A DNA stretch of 64,000 bases, from assembly GCA_001687465.1 (NCBI GenBank), contig LVLI01000346.1:1-64000 (forward strand). Reading direction: 5' to 3'. Within the stretch, counting starts at the first letter, position 1; the number at the start of each line of letters is the position of its first letter. The stretch is from Halocafeteria seosinensis (taxonomy: Eukaryota). Both the position numbers and the translations under genes were made by a program. The notes under the pieces are model-generated. The model worked only from the letters and a program-made list of their open reading frames with translations. It searched no databases and was not told the DNA's origin. Below, one piece after another: positions 14,278 through 27,924 of this stretch.

Positions 14278-14652
14278 AGTTTATTTTTCGGATTGTTTGT
14301 TGATGCCATACACACACACACTCTACTTACAAGACACAGTATTCTGTTTGAAAATGATGGGAACATATATGTCAACACAATCAGTAGCAGTATCTGCATG
14401 GGCTTGATTGATATCCTGGACCAAGTTCAAGCTGCTGAGCTCGTCCTCGCCGGACTCATCGGCAAGGCGCCGCAAATTTCGGACGCAAGAAGACGAAGCG
14501 AGTGGACATAAATGGGCCCTGCGAAACGGAGGATAGCGCCATCGGTTGTACCTGTGTCGTGGGGGCAGAACTAGCTTGTGAGCTTACAGCTGCCAGTTGT
14601 CATCGTATTGTTTATTGATCCATACACATGCTCTGCAAAAACTCATTTGGAA

Positions 14653-17600
14653 ATGGGGAAACTTAGTAAGACAAGACAATCTATAGTAGTGCTTGCAGCA
14701 TCATGCTGTATGGGCTGTATATCCTGGGGTACTCCGGCGGAAGTTCAAGCTCATTCTCTCTCCTCGAAGGATGACGATACTGGCCTCCATAGCGCCTCCA
14801 CGGTGTATCTGCGCAAGGATACGAAAGATAAGACACAGGAGATGAAGGGAGACTGGCCGTTCCCGTTCTGGAACCCCAATCTGCCTACCCCTGAGCGCGT
14901 AAATGACTTGGTCGAGCGCCTCACATTGGAAGAAAAAGTTCAGCAAATGAGCTATGGAGGCGCCAATTTGGTACGATTTACGTTCTTCCTTGTGTGTCAA
15001 ATTTAAGCAGACTATAAAGTGTACGCATATATCTTGGGGCTTTTGCAGAATGGACCTGCACCCGCAATTCCTCGTCTGGAAATTAAACCTTACCAGTGGG
15101 GTACAGGTACGGATTATATGAGAACGTTTGTTCTCGTCCCCCTTTTTTCATTGTCCCTTTCTTGTGGTCGCACTTCCTGGCACAGAGTGTCTCACGGGAG
15201 ACGTGGAACCACCTACGGGACCATCGACCGCATTCGGACAAGCGCTAGGATTGGCAGCCGTAAGTCCGCACCAAACCATGGAGGACGTTCTCCGCACTTT
15301 TGTATCATCCTCTGGTAGCTTGCAGTCGTTCAACCGAGTATTGCTCTACGACGTAGCCAGGGCGATTAGCGACGAAGTCCGAGCGAAGCACAATAATTAC
15401 TCTGCCAACCATGAGTATATGTTTCATTCTGGCCTCAGCTGCTGGAGCCCCGTGATCAACATATTTCGTCAGCCACTTTGGGGCCGAGGGCAGGAAACTT
15501 ACGGGGAAGACACTGTATTGACTAGTGTGCTCGCTAAAGCATACGTCACTGGATTGCAGGGAAATAATAGTCGATATGTTGAAGCAATTGCCGGCTGCAA
15601 ACACTTTGACGCATATGCCGGACCGGAAGACATTCCTTCCTCTAGGTTTAGTTTCAGCGCAAACGTTAGCACCAGAGATTGGAGGATGACCTTTCTACCT
15701 GCGTTTCAAGCGTGTGTGGAGGCGAATGTACAAAGCGTGATGTGCAGCTACAATGCTATCAACGGCATACCGGCCTGTGCCCATCAATATATGATCACGG
15801 ATGTACTACGAAAAGAGTGGGGGTTTGACGGCTATGTAGTTAGTGACCAGGGTGCGATTGAAATGATCGATGTCGGGATCACTTTGCATGGTCATCATTA
15901 TGCAGAAGATTGGCTCCACGTAAGAACAAAGACAAGAATGTATTTGATGCTTATTTATATCGGCATCGCTTGGGCGATCTGCAGGCTGCTGTTGACGCTG
16001 TATCAGCCGGTGTAGACTTGGAAGATGCCAATTTTCATGATGTTATTTTATTTCGGAATGCGTTTACTTATCTAAGCGACGCTGTGAATCAGGTAAGCAG
16101 CTTTGGTTTATTTATGACGGCTTGGGTATGCATCGTTCCGGGATGGTTTGCAGGGATTACTGAATGTATCTTACCTCGATGCATCAGTAAAACGTTTGTT
16201 CACGGCTCGGATGCGTCTTGGAGAATTCGATCCCGTCTCAATGAATCCGTACAACAGATTGAATGTAAATAGTTCGGTCGATACCCCACATCATCGTTCG
16301 CTTGCGCGTGAGAGTGCCCGTGAGATGCAAGTCTTGCTGAAGAATCAACCGATAACTTCGGGCTCCGGAGAGCCTATTCTTCCTCTTTCTGTTTCCTCGC
16401 TGAAGTCCCAACATTCCCGAATTCAGTTATTTGGTCCTCAAGGGAATAGCTCGAATTCCTTGTTCGGGGATTACGCGCCCGCTCCGAGTTTCGTGGTGAC
16501 CCCTGTTCAAGGAATTTTCAGTATATTTTCGAAAGGCTACGATCAAAACAGCAATCCCACGAACCCGAAGTTCGCTACCTGGAAGAACGGCACAGGAAGT
16601 TCCTCTACTGAGCTCGGCGATGCTAACTCTACCATTTCATTTACCCAAGGATGTGATTCTGTATATTGCTCTTTCTATGACAATGCTAGTGTAATCAATG
16701 CTTCTCGGAATGCTGATGTCGCCATCCTATTTATGGGATTATCGCAAGATATCGAAGCTGAGGGACATGATAGGTCGACGGTCGAGTACGTTCAACCTTC
16801 TTACAAATTTCTTGCTTTGAGTGCTCGTCACTTTTCTTACACCTGAACGCAGACTACCCGGTCATCAGATGCAGATGATCCAAGACGTGGCCAATAACGT
16901 CCCTGAAGGAACTCCAGTGATATTATATATCTTTACTTGCGGACCGGTAGATGTAACATGGGCTCAAAACATTGACAATGTTCACGCAATCGTTCAAGGC
17001 TTCTATCCCGCGCAAAGCACGGGAGACGCCGTGTCAGATATATTATTCGGTAACACCGATGCAGGCGGTAGACTTCCAGTGACATGGCCGACTAACATGT
17101 CTCAGGTGAGTGTTGTCGTTTTTCATTCTTCGTGTACGCCATACATATTGCGGTTATAATTGCAGGTGCTTCCCATGAGCAATTATTCAATGAGTGGAAG
17201 GACTTATCGCTACTGGTTTGATGACTCTTCTCAGTCTAGTCCCTTGTATCCTTTCGGTTATGGACTCTCCTTCACCGAATGGAAGTATCTCTCTCTCGAT
17301 ATCTCGAAGTCGCAAGTCTCGCCGTGCGAGCAGATCACTGGTAGTATTACATTCACAAACGCCGGTTCATTTAAGGGCGATGAAGTCGCCCAAATATACG
17401 TTCGATGGGGAAATGACCAATTGCCGGTACCTGATGTACAACTGGTCAATTTCACCCGTGTGGTTGGAGTGAATCCCGGAGAGCAGAGCGTATTTGACTT
17501 CACTATTAGCCCTCGGGATCTGGGCTTTTATGCCAATGTAAGCGATTCATCTCCCGCTGGCAAGGACTATGGAGGGTATTGGGAAACCGCGAATGGCACG

Positions 17601-17726
17601 TTGACAATCTACGCTGGAGGCCAACAACCAGATTTCAATGGCCGAGTAAAACCTCGCGTTCCGAGCAACGTCTTGAAGCAGACAGTCAATATCGTCGGCG
17701 AACGGCGACCACTTTCGCACTGCTAA
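14653..17726 (+). CDS. Secreted glycoside hydrolase family 3 (beta-xylosidase/arabinofuranosidase-like), multi-exon
   Basis: ERVNDLVERLTLEEKVQQM, WSPVINIFRQPLWGRGQETYGED, CKHFDAY, VMCSYNAINGIPAC, GYVVSD nucleophile, EAEGHDR, GRTYRY, YPFGYGLS, C-terminal Fn3-like domain; N-terminal signal peptide. Confidence 0.93.
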
Positions 17727-17871
17727 GTCACACCCTGGTGTTCGCGTGTGCAACAAGTCTTCCTGACTTTTTTGTGAAGCAAACAGTAGCTCATGGTTTC
17801 TCATGATTGTAATATACTAGAATTGACAAAAGAGAATGAGAAACAGGATACATATAGAAGGAATCTAAAGT

Positions 17872-19754
17872 ATGAGTCGACTCGTCTTTCGAACCAAATC
17901 TTGCATACAATGTGCCCATAGAGGTCAATTAAGGTGGTGGTGGCGGAGGAAGAGGGGCTCATTCAGGAGCTTTACAAGTGATTTTGACGCTCAGAGATAC
18001 ACAGAGGAGGGTGAACCCTCCTTCTTAGAGTCCATACAAGACTCCAAGGACCCAGATTACGCTCCACCGCACGTAACAGAGACATTCCCTGGGCTGGAGG
18101 AAATGGGGGAATCACTTCGAGCCCCCGGGTACTACCATAGACTCTATGAGACACCTACAGATGAAGCACAACAGAGGAGGGTTATGAATGCGCATATAAG
18201 GAAAGGTATCAGAGATCGGGAGTAAGTACCGCGCGGTTACGGTTTGAATGGGGCATGAAAATGATACTCTTGGAGTTTATGTATTGCAGCTTCGCAATGG
18301 CTTTAGATGGTATGAACCCCAGAAGTAATTAAATGACTAAGTCTTTGGAAAATGGTGAATTTTCGTCCTGATATGCAGTTTACGAAGATATGCCAATGTT
18401 AGGAATTAGTCCTGGCAAGTACACGTATAAAACTTTAATTGGAATGCTGGCTGCACAAGACAAACTTGCTGAGATGGATAGAGTTTACCAGGGTAATCAA
18501 CCACCTTCCCCCATTCATAACATTTATACTTCTCCGTGGATCCTAAACACCGTTTTTGGTCTCGTGCAGACATGAACACAGCAGGATCTGCACCGGATGT
18601 ACGAATGTGTGCTGTTCTCCTTGAAGCGTATGGACGTTGTCGAAACTCTGCTCGAATGTAAGCATGAAGTCGGTACATTGTCTCTGCATAACATATCAAA
18701 TCAACGGGCATACCTTAATGGAGTTCCAGATCGGAAGTATCCTTCCATGTAAAACAGTTGCAACCTAGCTTAAGCGATACCAACGCCTTAGATATGTGGT
18801 CACGCATGGCGTTTGCTGAAATGATGATCGGCAACTTATCCAAAGGGTACGTCAAACAAGAAGTACTATGCTATTTCACCCTAATATGACTCGGGACTAA
18901 AGGTTAATCATTTTGCCCTCTGTCGTTCACTGGCTTGACAGTTTTGAAATTATCGATTGGCTGAGGGAAAGTGAAGTTCCAGTTGCCGACTGCTTGCAGC
19001 AACTCTTCCGGTGCATGCAGGGACGGCACTTTAAACGATACGACTTAAGGACATCTATATTGAAGGTAAACAAATTAAACGTGCATAAGCAGTTTTTCTG
19101 ATTCCTCTATTTACGTTTCGTCAACTACAGAGTTTCGCCAACTATCTCAACGAAAGGGAGGTGACGGAGGATGAAATTTTAGTGTTTTTTGACTACCTGT
19201 GTGATCAGTTCGAAGCCCCAGTGTTGGTTGATGCCGTAAGAGACCAAAAGCTTTTCCTCACCTTAACGCTTGACAGAGTGGAGGTAGTGATGATGCGAGT
19301 GTCTCGAGCTCTTTCAATTCCGAATGAACTGGACGAAGAGGTTAGGCCTGATTCCCTCGAGATCTGTCAGCTTCTCTACTTGCACCTTACCGATGCTGGA
19401 TACGGGCTATCCGAGGCTGCACTGCAAGCTCTTCTCGCTGGAGCTCTTGCTTGCGATAATTATCCGTTATCCTTAAGGGTTGCTCTGGATATGGAAAGGC
19501 GGGAGTATCAAGTAACTCGATGGCAGAGCTTGCTTCAACTCCTAGTCCGTGTTGTTGAGGAAGAAATGTCCGAGCAAGACGCTTTGAAAATCGACGACGA
19601 TGATAATCCTACCGTGGATCCTATTAGTGGCAAAGCTTTAGCTGATAGGCTTGCGAACTCTCTTGTAAATAAAAATATTCTCGAAGACTTTAAAGAGAGT
19701 ATGGAGATGGCCATTTCAGGGAACGAGGTTGTACAGTCCAGTCATGGGCGTTAA
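17872..19754 (+). CDS. Pentatricopeptide-repeat (PPR) protein, probably mitochondrial, ~7 exons
   Basis: Spliced repeats VMNAHIRKGIRDRDFAMALDVYEDMPMLGISPGKY / TYKTLIGMLAAQDKLAEMDRVYQDMNTAGSAPDVR / MCAVLLEAYGRCRN; Arg-rich, acid-poor N-terminus. Confidence 0.7.
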
Positions 19755-19904
19755 ACCTTGAGGCTAGCGGCAGGAGGGAACCACACGATCAGAAAGCATC
19801 CATTAGCGTTTCTCAGGGGTGATGGTGCGATGTAAGCATTACACATTATGTATTGATCGAATTCCTTTCGACGAGAGTTCATATACTGATCATAAGGACA
19901 AGAC

Positions 19905-20410
19905 TTACGTTGTTAAATAGCAGTGGGAGCTATCCAATACATCTAAAATAGGCCTGCGTTGATAGTCGCGTGGGATTCCGGGAGAATTTATGATTCTCTG
20001 GTCCGCCGAAGCTTCTGTCCATGACAAGCTTAGCTTTCTCCACAGCATACCATAATTCAAAAACCTTATCGTGAAAACGCGAATAACGTGGATGGTTGTG
20101 TATAGTCCTTTCAAGAATAAAGCGCTCCTGTGGCGTTGGATCAATCCTATGCTCCCCCTCGGCTGGTTCCACTCTGGTTTGATCCCTTCTTGCAGCGGTT
20201 CCCGTACTTGCCGTGCTACGGTTTATGAAGATTTTTTACATTATCACTCTGCTCCTCAGATTCTCCACCTATGGGATTGGCTGGGCCGCTGCCCCCGTCT
20301 TCCTCTCCTTCCCTTGGTGTTTCCCCAAGTCGCTCAGCCTTGGAATCGCGTAGCATCCACAAAACAACTTTTCGCAAGCTATCCTTCAAGAAATGGGGCC
20401 AAATATTCAT
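19905..20410 (-). CDS. Possible small spliced gene of unknown function (model incomplete)
   Basis: IDPTPQERFILERTIHNHPRYSRFHDKVFELW joins PILDVLDSSHCYLT through a gtatgc..cgcag intron, followed by a gtaagt donor; start and stop not resolved. Confidence 0.3.
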
Positions 20411-20982
20411 ACAAACTCAGTCAAACTTGAAATACTGGCTACCTTCAACGAAGCGTACCATTTTGCTGAGTGGCAGTGTCATACATTACAATTGTAGTGC
20501 AACTGGTAATAATAATACAGGGGGATCTTGGGGAGGGAAATTAAGCGTATTTGAAACGTAAAAATCATGAAATTACTCTCTGCCTCGAAACTCTTTGCAA
20601 GCGCTAAAGATGGAAGAATTGGATGAATTCCTGCAACCGGGCAAACAACTTGCAGTAGGATTCAAGCGTAACCATTTGCGGGACCATAAGTTAATTTTCA
20701 GGTTTTACCAGAGACTATCATGCATTAGAATGCATAATGTAATTGGTTTCTCCGCCCACCGATGGGCCACCATGATCGACTTGCACAACAACATAACTTG
20801 GAGTTTTCTGGCCGTTAAGAGGTTGAAGTCGTGATTTTCACAGCCCTTGAATCCGGGATATCAAAGCACTTCCACTGGTCTTCCAGGTGTTTGATACGTT
20901 TTACAAGGCTCTCGGAATGCGTATAAGTGTTCATGAGCAGCGATCATGTCGGCTCGACTGTATCCAGGTATGGGACGCCACA

Positions 20983-23193
20983 ATGACCGAGGTTGCCACC
21001 ACGGCTGTGAAATTCATGTCGATGCGAATAAGTGCAGGTATGGGAGGAGGCGGTGGCCATGCTCGTAATAGGAAAGTGAAGACTAATTTTTCGGCCACAT
21101 ACGAAGTTAGGTCTCTGGATCAATTCAATAGAGATGACTTGGAAGTGGGAGATAAAATCATCTTACCTCAGGTACGTATACGGCTTATCCGAGTAAAAGC
21201 ATAGGAGTTATACTACGATCTGGTCCTACAGAGTGCTTTTAAGGAAATTAAACGACTAGGGTTGCCTTTACCGCTGGTATTCGAGGTGGAAAATGCAAGA
21301 CGACGGAAACCTGTGACGGCACAGAACGGACCCCAATTGCAAAAGCGGGATGTGGGAGGAATGCCGTCCTCCAGTCGAAAGCCGCTGAATAGTACAGGGA
21401 GAAGTGTAGCAACTTCCAGGTCTTCGAAAAGCTCGGCAACATCTAAACAGCCTGTCGTAGGTCCTACGAAAAAGCATCAGTACTGTGGTGTGATGGAATT
21501 TACGGCAACTGAAGGGAAGTGCTTCATGCCACAATGGATGATGCGCAACCTTAAGCTTCGTCAAGGTGGGCAAGCGATCCTTACCACAACACAAGAAGTA
21601 TGTAGCAAGCACCTCTATCTATAGTGAATTCTTACTCAATTATTTCTACGCCCTTCAATGCAGCTGGAGAAGGGTTCTCTTGTCCGTTTTCAGCCACACA
21701 CCACAAACTTCATTGACCTAGCAGCCAATTTTGGTCCAAGAGTGAGTTGCCTCGTATTCAACATATCTCGTTGAATAGATCTTTTCTTATTTTTCCCTAA
21801 CATCTTACAGGAGATCATGGAGCATGCTATGAAGAAATATAGTGCCTTGAGTGACAAGGAGACAATATTGATTGAATGTGCGGGAGAGCGACACTACCTT
21901 GACGTCCTGGAGGTACGCTGATTTGCCATATAAGCTTGCCTTTGGAGTGTCATGTGTGGTTCTTTATAACTGGGAGAAATATTCAGGTGAAACCAAATGG
22001 GGCAGCCGTGCTGTATGGGGATCTTGACCTTGAAGTGGACTTCGCCCTACCGAAGGTAAGAATACCACTAGTAGGAATGCGCACAAGCTAATGTCAACTT
22101 TCGAACGGCCCTTCAGGATCAAGAGAAGAAAGAAGGGGAAGAAGTAAAGGAAGATCTCTTCTGGAAGAACGAATCGGCAGAAGAGGGCAAAAGCGGTCGT
22201 CGCCCTTCTTCAGCCCGAAGACTGCGAGATACTATTGCAGCAGCGAGGAGTGGGGCCACTTCGAGTAAAGTAAGTGTATATTTGGTTTCAACGCTGGAAG
22301 CTGTATTAAAGAGGTGGATTGGTTTCTTTTCATGTTGTTTGCAGCCTTCAACGCAAGCCAGCGACAATACTACTACTATCGGCGAGCTCGCGGGTGACCC
22401 GGATAGGCTTCAGGAAGAGTTGAGCAAACTTGCTGTTTCTGATGGAAGCGTTTGGAAGGGGGTTGATCTAGGCGGAGTCGCTAGTCCCCCAAGAAGTAGG
22501 GGGCCTTCAACGCAAGAGACGGTATCCTCGGCGAGCCAAAGTGAGAGCATTCACTGGAATACCCCTGGTTACACGCTAACTTCCCCCACAAGGACGGAGA
22601 AAGAACTAGTAGCTGCACCCCAAACGGACATGCTTGCTGAGACTTCATCGTCGTTCCAAAACGAATTCCTTGCCCTGCGAGCGAAGGCAGCCGAACGATG
22701 GCAAAAACGTAAGGCTGCTGAAAATGCTGCGCAATCACCAACACACTCACGTGATTCTACGACTAAGTGTAACGCTTCCGGTGTACTTAGTCCACCGAGG
22801 GAACGCAAAGGTTGGTTCTCCGAAGCAGCGGATAAGAGGGCTGCTAAAAGCTCCCCGGTAGGATCGAAGACTATCAACCAGTTGCACATTCCTCAAGGTC
22901 GATTTGTTGGTTCAGGACAAAGTTTGAAACAAGAACAGGCTGAAGAACACTCTCAGAACCATTCCTTCTTCAATCACCCAGGGGCAACAATGAGCAGTGG
23001 TCACTCACAAGAACCGACTGGTATGCGCCTTGGTGGAAGTGAGTCCAAATCCGGGTCGTCGGCAAGGAAGGAAGGTCGGAAGAAGATGAATGTGGGCCAG
23101 AGCACGAAGCCGTTCCTCGGTGGTACTGGTATCTTAGGGCGGGCTGATGCGAGTGGCGTTGAGAACAGCAAATACGAGGAAGAGAAAGAATGA
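20983..23193 (+). CDS. UFD1-family ubiquitin fusion degradation protein (divergent), multi-exon
   Basis: GDKIILPQSA, YCGVMEFTATEGKCFMPQWMMRNL, KGSLVRFQPH, KYSALS, LDVLEVKP, DLEVDFALP are UFD1 N-domain motifs. Confidence 0.88.
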
Positions 23194-23978
23194 GGAGCCA
23201 CTTGGCAAATGTTCTTCCTCCGTTTCCCGTTTTTCCGATACAATCAGGTTGTATACATCGCTCAGCCGACGAACAAGTTCTATTGAGGCACACTGAAATT
23301 GTGTAGCTTGTGTATTGTTAGTTGGAAGTGTTATTAATGTGTCGTTGGAGCATCGTTGTCCCTGGCGCAATACTCGTAAAGGATATACAGCAAGTCCGCG
23401 TAAAACACCGTGAGTGTTGAAACGCAAGCAAACCTACTACTCTTGCTGCCTAGATTCATTTCGCATTGGCTCTCGGTGCAGTTACTCCCAGTGCGCCGTA
23501 TTTCGGGATGACCACTCTTTAATAAGGAGCAGGACGGGACAAATAGTTACATGCAATAATGACATTGTACTAATCCTAACTTCGTGTGTTTCTCGTGTGC
23601 CAGGAAGCTGTCTGTCAAGCAGCAACCTGCCACAAAACTGAAGCTTCGCGAAAAATCATACTCCGCTGGTAGTCCTTTGACATATCGAATGGTTACTCTT
23701 GTGACTTCGGAACCTGAGCTTCATATATCCTGCACGTTGCAAGTGCTACTCGAAAGTGCTACTTGTGAAGAAGACGGGGTTCAACCGCCAGACATCACAC
23801 TGATGTATCAGTTTACCTGTGGCTATGTATTTGGAAAATCAACATCTTGGCCGTATTACCATACCATTTGTAAAACTCGGGTGCTAGCCATTGAATAGTG
23901 TGAGTAAGACACACGTCATCCCTGACGTAACGGGGTTATTTCCTCCGGAACATTGAATAAGTTCGAAGGTGCTGAACC

Positions 23979-25019
23979 ATGCCGTATGCTCCTCAAGGCG
24001 GGTATCCTCAGCAATATGGCCAGGGCTCAGCGGTGCCTCAAGGACAAGTGTATCATGTCTATGGGATACCGATAAGGTAAGGAATTCATTCGCTGAACCA
24101 AACGGTGCTGACGTGCCAATGGTAACGAGGTTTTTTGGTGCAGAGACGAGGGTACCGCCAAGCTTACAAGGAAGGTCATGAACATTTCCCTAGGAATGGT
24201 AGCCTTTTCTATGGTAACCTGGATTGTGTCCATTGTTGCCATGACGCAAGATACAGACAATGATGAGGATGACGACACTAGCAGCCGGACGTTCAGCGTC
24301 TCGGTAGTAGCAGCTCTGTGTATTCCATTGTAAGGATACTACAGTATTCGTATTGCCAGCTTAAAGGAACGTGAATATCAATGCTTGCTTGTTTACAGGT
24401 GTGGATATTTTGGAGCCAAGAACAGGAACCCGAATTTACTTAATGCTGTGAGTGCCGAACAGAGAGTCGTTTTATACTGTGGTCGGAAGTCCACCACCGC
24501 TTTGGTTCGCTGGCTAGCTGCAGTTTTGGGTGTGTAATCTGCTCTGTGTGATTGACTTTGTAATTACCCTAATTGTCGTAGTCACTTTACTACAAGAAGG
24601 GGAACTGAATGATGTTGGAACGTCGCGTAAGTACACCATTCCGTTCTACTAGGAGTTTCATGGTGGACACTGATTGCTCCGCCGCAGTGTGGACAACATT
24701 TATCGTGTTTGGCATTGGAGCTGCAATCCTACAGTGCGCTGGTGTCATATATGGAAAGAAACTTGCTAGTGAAGAGTATTGGAATGTCGTAACGCCAGCA
24801 AACATTCCTGTGGCCGCTCCTGTAGCCAGCACCGTTCCCCAGTATGCGCAACCTGTTCACCCTTCCCAACAACCCGCTGGCTATCCCGTGGGATATCCAG
24901 GGGCTCAAGGACAGTATCCCCCAGGAGGGAGTGCACCACAGATGAGTGGACAGCCTTATGGGTATTCGAATTCTTCGTTGGGACAGCCGCACCAGTCCAC
25001 ACAATATCACTACGTTTAG
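23979..25019 (+). CDS. Small 4-TM tetraspanin-like protein, tandem copy 1 (5 exons)
   Basis: MPYAPQGGYPQ..VYGIPIR/DEGTAKLTRKVMNISL..CIPL/CGYFGAKNRNPNLLNA/FWVCNLLC../..GVIYGKKLA + P/Q/Y-rich tail. Confidence 0.85.
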
Positions 25020-26327
25020 ATGTGGGCATGTTTGGACTTATTGTGCTGTGCTTAGATACTTGTTGAAACATCCAAGGATAGTTTTGCCTTCCTTACGTCG
25101 GTTCTTTTTTTTTGTGTGTGCGTGTTTTGCGACGTTCATATTGCATTGCCGGCAGAAGTCTTTTCGTTCATTTGTCTCCCTCTCTTTGGGTGCCCTAAAA
25201 TCCTGCGTAAAATTACAGCAATGACGCTCAGGTACAACACTTGTGCCAAATTACATATACCGTATGTATGGCAGCCTGCTGTCTTAAGACTATGTTGACT
25301 GCTTATTATCCCAAGGATATCCCGCATCCTGTCTAGCAATGACCCTTTCATCCAGCTCGCATGTTTCAGCCGAGGACATGTGACAACTAATGCGAATGTC
25401 AGTGCAGTACAGCAGATAGAGCAAACGTATTGGGTAATAACGATTTACAAAACCCGTAGTTCTCGAACAAAAACTACAAGTGGATTCACAGCAAACCCAA
25501 ATTGGGAAACCTATTTGATTTAACTATGACGACTGTTTCCGACATGCCAAGCAGGAGAATCCTGGTATTCACACAACTGATAGACACACTGTGGGATACG
25601 ATTTGCAGTAGTATAAATAGCGAAGAATCGCGAGATACCAAGTTGTGAATCCTATCAAACTGCCGTCAGTTATCCACCCGTTTCTGGACTAGTAGTAGTG
25701 CATATTATTATGGCCGTGTGGCCTACTGGTTAAGTAGAACTAGCTAGGGGATCTTTATGTGGAAGATCTTCCTAGGGCACCCCTGCATTGCGTACGGCTA
25801 CGCTTATAGACACTAACACCCTTAGGGAATATAGAATTCTTCAAATGTAGTCTGTCGGAGCGTCTTGGGCCAACCGTTTCTAATCTGACGCACAGGTGCG
25901 GGATACAGCATGTCAGTGGACTGCAGTGTACCTGGCAGAGTTGTCGTAGCGGTGAGTTATTCCATGCGCAGGAAAATTCGCAATAAGCATACGATCAAAA
26001 GTTTTGGATGGTGGTGGAATGATGAAAAAACTCCCCGTCAGCCGGCTGGCACACGCTGATATCCCCCCAACATCGAAGCAGAGTCGCAACAAGCGGCTGA
26101 TGTTTTCGAAATTGCGTCACGCTGCGCGGTTGGCGATTCTGAAGCAAAACATAAGTCAAGAGGATTGTTTTGAGTTAAATGATGCGTAGCCCTAAATGGG
26201 TGTAGACGTGTATTGATAGTCTCATTGAAGCGTATATTACATATGTTCGTCCTAAGCTTCACGCACTTGTTAAGGAGCTGGAATTTCGTAGAACCTCGAA
26301 CGAAGAACACCCTGAGGCAGCTGGGGT

Positions 26328-27344
26328 ATGGCAAGTGACTACCAGCAGCAGCAGTCACTCCAGGGGTACACATCCCTTGAACAAACAAATGCCTACATTG
26401 TTTACGGTATTCCCATCCGGTACGTAAAGGCGATCGCACTCAAACCGGCTAAGAAATTGGCATCCGGTATTTCAAGTTCTCCCTTTTCTTTAAACTTCCA
26501 GAGACGAACCTACAGCGAGGTTAACCAGGAAAGTCATTAGTCTCTCCTTAGCCATTGTTTTATTCAGTGTTTCCGCGTGGATTATATCAATCATAGCATG
26601 GAACGAAGACTCTCTAAAGGCCAAGCACGAGCACGATAGTGACGACGATGACAATGATAGTGTCAGCGTCAGTGTTCCGATAGTGACCGCGATTTGCATC
26701 CCTTGGTAAGTTACTTCTTTCCCACGAGTGATATGGCATCGAAGTACGCCATGAGCGTACTCTGTGATGCAGCTTTGGGTATTACGGAGCTAAAGAACAT
26801 AAAATTAAGTGGCTGAATTGTGTAAGTTTCATTGCGGTGTGTTTGCTTGAACTGAAGCTTCTCAGTCCAAGAAATGACCCGCATGCCAGTTTTGGATTTG
26901 CAACCTGCTGTGTGTGATCAACTTCGTGGCCAGTGTGATAGCAAATTTAGTTGTTCTATCCTCAGGAAAACTGAATGATACCGGCCGCGCACGTAAGTTC
27001 GAGAAGAAGTTCCAATTATCGAGTGTAAACAGTGCTACCCATTAATACAAAATGTTGCATAAGTATGGTATTCTGTTGCAGTGGGATCTTTGTTCGTGAT
27101 CTTCGGGGTATTTGCTGCTTTGTTGCACACGGCTGGAGTGGTATACGGCCGGCAACTCGCTAACCAGGAGTACTGGATGATTCAGTATCCAACTAGTGTT
27201 CCTATTGCCACAGTTGCACAGTATACGCAGCCTAACGGGGAGCAGTATTCCGCCAGTGAACGAGATAGTCATGAGCAGGTACAAAGTCAACGTGAGCTCG
27301 GATCAGGTGAAGATGGTGACGGCGTGCCTCAAAAGCACGTTTAA
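26328..27344 (+). CDS. Small 4-TM tetraspanin-like protein, tandem copy 2 (5 exons)
   Basis: VYGIPIR/DEPTARLTRKVISLSL..CIPC/FGYYGAKEHKIKWLNC/FWICNLLC../..GVVYGRQLA; same intron positions as copy 1. Confidence 0.85.
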
Positions 27345-27924
27345 ACTTGGATCATTTGAATCTACTGCTCTTTCCGCTCTTATTAACGTGTGTTGTACAA
27401 TTGTACAGTACGGCGTACTGTCTAGCTTAACATATATATTTAATACTTCAAGTAGCAATGCGCGCATCAACACCTGTATATGGGTACGGGAAACACTCCT
27501 AAAGGCGAATACCGCCTCGTTAAGAGGATTTGATCACCTTACCGGACATATGTGTGTGTGCCAAGCGAAGAGTACACTGTACCTCCTTTGCGTGGACTGT
27601 TGCCTCTTGCTCGAGCGTCAAGAATACACTGTACTAAGACCGTATTTGCTGTGGTCGAATGTTCTTCAAACTGTTATATTCTTACAACCTTCCTCCCGTC
27701 GCTGTACGATTCACATGACAATTTTTACACAAGCATATACGCTTACCCACAGTTGCAAACTTTGCAATTGCATTCTTCAACCACGACAACTTCACAATTG
27801 CCTCGCCCAACGTGTCGCAAAGAAGGAACTATAGCGTGAATTTGATGGTTGCATTTTTCTGGTACCTAGGATTCTTGACTGTGGCTTTTCAAGAATATAG
27901 CGAGGTATAGTACAGTGCTAGACA

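Noticed and set aside
2322..23193. Apparent frameshifts or stop-codon reassignment in fragmented ORFs
   Set aside because: In the genes traced in detail (LRR, NAA25, CEP20-like, PPR, parts of GH3 and UFD1) the breaks resolve with canonical GT-AG introns under the standard code.
27196..27839. 212-aa and 95-aa ORFs between 4-TM copies 2 and 3
   Set aside because: Non-ATG starts, no recognisable motif, and the longer one overlaps the last exon of copy 2 in another frame.
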